From Octopus vulgaris (taxonomy: Eukaryota), in contig OX597825.1 in assembly GCA_951406725.2 (NCBI GenBank), forward strand, positions 68,634,001 through 68,698,000: a stretch of 64,000 bases of DNA, written 5' to 3'. The notes under the pieces are model-generated. The model was given only the letters and a program-made list of their open reading frames with translations. It ran no database searches and was not told the origin of the DNA. The first letter of the stretch is position 1; the number at the start of each line of letters is the position of its first letter. Below are positions 57,561 to 64,000 of the stretch, one piece after another. A program made the position numbers and the translations under genes.

Positions 57561-58775
57561 AACACACACATATAAAACTATATTAAACTATATATACTAT
57601 ATATGTATATGTAAGATTATATATAAATCTTAATATACATTCAGCGCTGCAGGCCATAGTCTTGTACCTAAGTTGCTGAAATTTTGCTTAGGTTAGGTAA
57701 ACAACCTTTCACAGAGAAGGCTACAGACATTGTACATTAATAAGAAAAATTATCAATAAACTTAATTAAGTCACCAGGCAAACTATATTTTGCATTAGTA
57801 TTCACTATGTATTATAACGGAAGAAATAATTTCAACCAATCTTATTTTGCATTGATTTTCACTGCATTCCAAATAAATCATGCACATGAATGTAGTAATA
57901 AGCATGCGCCATTATTTACTTAATTTAGGCTAATTACTGCTGTAAAATTTTAATGTTTAAATAATATTCAAAGCAGCAGTGAAGAGTGGAGGAAAAAAAC
58001 GGCTGCATGTATTTGGAAAAATAAGAGTGTATCTGTGTCTAGGAACGGTATGAGGATGAGGTGGCGTATGTGTGTGTAAGCCTGGTGTATGGATGTGTAT
58101 AGAGGTCTGTAAGTATGGAAGTAATGTGAGACGCAGATACAATCTTATACTTGTGTCTACACATTTGCTCTTTCTTCCCTTCTTAGCTTGCTCCCATAAA
58201 ACAAAATTCGGCGGTTACAAATACTTCGTCTGTGTTTTTATTATTAACTATTATTCTTTCGACTTCTGCTTGGCTTTTCTCTTTCTTTCTTGTGATGATG
58301 AACCAACGTCCGAAACGTTAGTGAACGTTCTTTTTCCCATTCAAAGCTAAACTTGTTTGTCAAACACTGTTCTTTCAGTGTCGTTCAAAAGAACTATGTT
58401 TGTGGTATTTATGCAATATATTTAACGCTCACGTGGACATTTTGGATTCGAGCATGAAACTCCAATTTTGAACTCTACTTTGTATAAGCGCCTGGATTAT
58501 TTGAGATATGATTTTACTGCTCTATGCATATAATGCATGCAGTCATACATATATCCCTACATACAAACAAATGCACACGCACATGCGCACGCATGCACCA
58601 CGCATGCACGCACCCCACACTCACATTTATATAGAGGGATTATCAATCTGGGCAAAACACTTTATAATCTCTGCTAGTACAAATATATATATTCACATTC
58701 AAAATGTGACCGTGTGTGTACCGTTGGCGATTTTTTTCCCTCGTCTTCCCTTCTCTGGATCTTTCCTTTTCCTAT

Positions 58776-58810
58776 GTTTCCGACGAAGAGCTCCGCTCGA
58801 AACGTTGAAC
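58776..58810 (+). ncRNA. Penelope-type minimal hammerhead ribozyme motif (core CUGA changed to CCGA, likely inactive)
   Basis: gttt-CCGACGA-a-GAGC-tcc-GCTC-GAAA-cgtt-gaac: stem I, core, perfect 4-bp stem II, GAAA and a palindromic aacgtt stem III. Confidence 0.6.
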
Positions 58811-59377
58811 CCTCCTTCTTTCCTTCTGTCCTGAGCGTCCAATAATACTATATTTGTTCCACGTCCTCGCGTTGTTGTGTTTTTTGTGCTTTCGTGTTTG
58901 GATTAACTATATACATACATACATACATACATATATATATATATATACACACACGCACATACATATATATGTATGTGTGTCTGTATGTGTGTATGTGTGT
59001 ATAAGAAGTAAACATATATATATACTTACGGCAAAAATTCCATCTTTTCACGTTTTTGTCTCTGAGCCTATCCAACACTATAAATTCAGCACAACTTAAC
59101 TACATATCACCGAACATTGAGAGACACCAGTGACCAGACGGTAGACAGAAGCGGATGGCTGTTGACCCAAGCTGACAATAGCTAAACAATGACGACCGAC
59201 GACAGCAACACTAACACCAACTAACCACACTGTTACTGCGGTTACAATTACACCAAGAACAATGATATCCAAACTGTTTCGATGTTGTGTTGTTCGTAGT
59301 AACGACAGCATTTTCTTTGTGTTTACGGGATGAATAACAATTTTGTTTACCTTAAATCTCGCAGATGTCTGTGTTCT

Positions 59378-59494
<117 letters not shown>

Positions 59495-60369
59495 TACATA
59501 CTCATTCAATGACGAGCTGGCAGAAACGTTAGCACGCCGGGCGAAATGCTTAGCAGTATTTCGTCTGCCGCTACGTTCTGAGTTCAAATTCCGGCGAGGT
59601 CGACTTTGCCTTTCATCCTTTCGGGATCGATAAATTAAGTACCAGTGAAACACTGGGGGTCGATATAATCGACTTAATCCCTTTGTCTGTCCCCTCTGTG
59701 TTTAGCCCCTTGTGGGTAGTAACGAAATAGATACATACTCATACAAATGCTCACACATACAAATACTCACACATAGCGGATATATATATGTATATGTATT
59801 TTTGCATGTATACTCTCCTCCTCACCACACTCATCAGAGACAACAAGTGAATAAACGAGCGAACTGCATTAATTCTGATTTGGCTTCCTGAATAGGAATT
59901 TATTAACATTTTAATCACAGGATTAATAGAAGCCTTTGTGGAGAGGCTAAGAACTGTCTTGATAACTACCTTACTGGAACATCTCAAACATATGCGGAAT
60001 TACTGATTGAGAAAATATGTTTTCGGAAAGAGAATGTAGAAGTAACATTAAAAATATAGAAAGATAATAGATAGAATACGGTGATGATGATCATGGTGAT
60101 AATGATGATGGTTTATTGTATGATAATAATTTTAATATCTTCTTAATAATGTGATAAATGATGATACAATCTAATGGATACTTCGTTGTGGTGTAGTAAG
60201 AACAGTCACCTTGTGAAAACAAAAATACTGATACTTGGTGAAAGGAGGCGTGAAGGTAATGGTTTTTTTCTTCTTTTTATCTGATTTGCTAAGTGGATTT
60301 AATGTTGGCATGGCATTGGATTTAGCAAGCTAAGCCACCTTCCGTTACTATTCACCTTACTGCTGCACG

Positions 60370-61240
60370 TTGCCCCACGTTGCTTCACGCCGTCGCGCCG
60401 CCACACTGCCACGCCGCGACGCCGCGACGCTGCCACACTGCCACGCCGCGACGCTGCCACACTGCCACGCCGCCTCACTGCCACGCCACCACGCCGCCAC
60501 GCCGCCACACTGCCACGCCGCCACGCTGTCACACTGCCACACTGCCACGCCGCCTCACTGCCACACTGTCACGCTGCTACACTGCCACGCCGCCACACTG
60601 CCACACTGCCACGCTGCTACACTGCCTCGCCGCCACGCCACCACATCGCCGCGCCGCCACACTGCCACGACGCCACGCCGCCACACTGCCACACCGCTGC
60701 ACTGCCAGCCGTCACTCGGCCACACTGTCACGCTACCACACTGCCACACTGCCACGCCGCCACGCTGACACACTGCCACGCCGCCACGCTTCCACGCCGC
60801 CACGTCGCCACACTGCCACGACGCCACGCTGCCACACTGCCACACCGCTGCACTGCCACGCCGCCACGTCGCCACACTTCCACGACGTCACGCCGCCACA
60901 CTGCCACGCCGCCACGCCCCCACGCCGCCACGCCGCCACGCTGCCACGCCGTCACGCCGCCACGCCGCCACGCCACCACGCTGCTCCAAGATTTGTCGGC
61001 TAAGTTACGCCGTACCAAGGTAGGTCATACCACGCCACGTTACGCCATGCCATGCCACGTGAAGACACACCAGGCAAAGAGAAGCCAAGCTACGCCTTTT
61101 CATGTCAAGTCAGTCTCGCCAAGCTAAGGTACATCATACCACGTCAAATAATGTCACGCTACACTAAGCCGAGCTAACCCATGCAAAGCCACGCCACGCC
61201 ATGCCACGCCACGCCACGCCACGCCACGCCAACTGTGCCA
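60370..61240. repeat. GC-rich minisatellite: 8-mer variants (gccacact/gccacgcc) grading into the 5-mer (gccac/gccat)
   Basis: Directly visible; source of the His/Ala/Thr/Arg-rich ORFs. Confidence 0.92.
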
Positions 61241-61945
61241 TGCTGAGTCACGCGAAGCCATGTGACCCCACACAAAGTCACCTCTCGCCACATGTTACCA
61301 TGGCCCATTATGCCTCATCACTCATCACCACGCCCGCCACGCTAAGACACGCTAGGCCAAACCAGAACATACCAAGACCTCCTCCACAGTACAGTAGATG
61401 TGAGTATTCGAAGTTGTGATGCAGTAGAAATACAGTAGATATATAGTTGAGATGAGTATGCGCAGTCATGACGCAGTAGAAATGCAGCAGAGGTGAATAT
61501 TCGGAGTTGTGATAATCAGAGACGCAGCTGAGATACTGTAGATATATTGTAAACACATATAGATATTGGCAGCAAAAGAGGTAAATGTATCGGTGGTCGC
61601 ATGGAGCTATATGTGGAACACATTTTGTAGAAGCGAAATATATTTTGTCAGAAGACACCGAGGGCGTAAATATGATGTTTATAGGCCGCCAATGGCTCAT
61701 AGACATAACTATAGTTTATTTCTTATGTTGGCACAAAAGCATGAAAGTACAAATCGAAGAAATCTACACACATAGGCGTAGGAATGGCTGTGTGGTAAGT
61801 AGCTTGCTTACTAACCACATGGTTCCCGGTTCAGTCCCACTGCGTGACACCTTGGGCAAGTGTCTTCTACTATAGCCTCTGGCCGATCAATGCCTTGTGA
61901 GTGGATTTGGTAGACGGAAACTGAAAGAAGCCCGTCGTATAAATG

Positions 61946-62027
<82 letters not shown>

Positions 62028-62714
62028 TGTGTGTTTGTGTGTGTGTGTGTGTGTATGGAAACTGAAAGAAGCCCGTCGTATATATGTGTATACATATGTA
62101 TGTATGTGTGTGTATATGTTTGTGTGTCTGTGTTTGTCCCACCAACATCGCTTGGCAACCGATGCTGGTGTGTTTACGTCCCCGTAACCTAGCGGTTCGG
62201 CAAAAGAGACCGATGGAATAAGTCTAGGCTTACAAAGAATAAGTCCTAGGGTTGACTTGCTCGACTAAAGGCGGTGCTCCAGCATGGCCACAGTCAAATG
62301 GCTGAAACAAGTAAAACAGAAAACAGAAACAGAAACAATCAAATAGTTCTACTTCCCCCGCCATGTACATGACAATCGTTATTTTGTCGACGGCAGAACG
62401 AGAACAAAAATATATAAAAAGAACATCGGTCAAAAGTGGATTTGAACTCGGAATATGCAGGACCATTGCTAAATACTAAATATCTACTACGTTTAATCTT
62501 TTTATTTAGTGCTAGATCAATTCGGATCAAGGAGAATTATGATCAAACGCGTTACATCTTCGGCCGTCCCAACAATTTTACGAGATGGTGTACCTAACTT
62601 GGACACCATTGTCCAACGGATCTACTGTTTTCAAAACGCTAATCTTTTATCTTTTACGTGTTTCAGTCACTGGATTACAAACATGCTGGGACACCGCTTT
62701 GAAGGGTTTCACAC

Positions 62715-62800
<86 letters not shown>

Positions 62801-62827
62801 AGTATCAAGTTTTTAAAAAATAAATAT

Positions 62828-62867
<40 letters not shown>

Positions 62868-62984
62868 ATAATTATTTTTTAAAGGTCTGATACTTATTCT
62901 ATCGGTCTCTTGCCGAACCACTAAGTTACGGAGATGTAAGCGAGCCAACATCAATTAAGCGGTGGTCGGGAGCAAACATAACAG

Positions 62985-63059
<75 letters not shown>

Positions 63060-63621
63060 CACACATATAGACACATAAAAACATACGATAGGCTTGCGCA
63101 CAATTTCCATCTACCAAATTCACTCACGAGGCATTGGTTCACCTTAGGCTATCGTAGAAGACACTTGCTCTCCAAGGTGCCGTGCCGGTGGACGGAATCT
63201 AAAACCACGTCCTTGCAAAGCTAGCTTCTAAACCACACCATTATGCCTGCGTTCAATTTGCAATTCGAGGAACATTCAGCCGCTATTTTTAGCATTGTGA
63301 GAGACCATCTATCAAAACTGACCAAGTCCAATAAAATATTGCAATTTGGTTCTCATATCGAGTGGCGAGAAAGTCAATGCCATAACGATGTCCTTCAAAT
63401 ATCGAACAAGAAAACTTGTGATTGCAGAATTAAGATGGCGTGCTGTATTGGAAACGTTTGTGGTTACATAACACTCACTAGAAGAATATATTTATAGTTC
63501 CCTTTACAATTGAGTAAGTGAAAGTTATTGAACGTAATATATTTGACAATACACCAATCAACGAACACATGCCAATACAACCACCAACACAATGTAATTT
63601 ACCAGATTAACGTATGGGCGC

Positions 63622-63706
<85 letters not shown>

Positions 63707-63899
63707 GATCTATCTACTTCTCTAGCAATTCCTTTTGCCATAAATTTCTCTATCAATTTCGCCTTTTCTCTTTCTTCCACTCTCTCCCTCTCTGTCTCTG
63801 TTTCTGTCTGTATGTTTCCCTCTCTCTCTCTATCTATCTATCTATCTGTCTATCTATCTATCTGTCAGTCTCTTCTCTGTGTCTCACTCTTTCTGTGTG

Positions 63900-63932
<33 letters not shown>

Positions 63933-64000
63933 GTATATGCATCTATATATATAATATATATACATGCATATATAAATGCATATATATATACATGCATATA

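Noticed and set aside
60299-61018. His/Cys/Ala-rich 207-aa ORF and overlapping ORFs
   Set aside because: The 8-nt period is not codon-compatible and frames are open on both strands; minisatellite artefact.

Overview
Eukaryotic, AT-rich, repeat-dense animal genomic DNA, most likely octopus (inferred from the tRNA-derived SINE families and very abundant CA/TA/CATA microsatellites). The only gene I can firmly read is a spliced GAPDH on the + strand. It has 8 coding exons between 1186 and 11120 (882 nt, 293 aa plus stop), all GT-AG and phase-consistent; its 5' exons lie upstream of the window. The remaining ~52 kb is mostly SINEs (at least 5 families), decayed LINEs (CR1, RTE, Tx1/L1-like, R4/Dong-like), decayed Tc1/mariner/Tigger transposons, hAT and piggyBac MITEs, non-autonomous Helitrons, minisatellites and microsatellites. 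Almost all ORFs in the supplied track are translations of repeats. Most notable oddities: (1) an orphan, diverged, in-frame copy of a GAPDH exon with its splice donor intact at 38663-38739; (2) a TTAGGG-carrying foldback element at the core of a three-level nested insertion; (3) inverted SINE pairs bracketing GAPDH exons, which could form dsRNA; (4) Penelope-type hammerhead ribozyme motifs; (5) a LINE tail that matches the tail of the dominant SINE; (6) a weak candidate three-exon minus-strand gene whose middle exon is enclosed by a hairpin. I cannot establish a wholly new biological system from this sequence alone.
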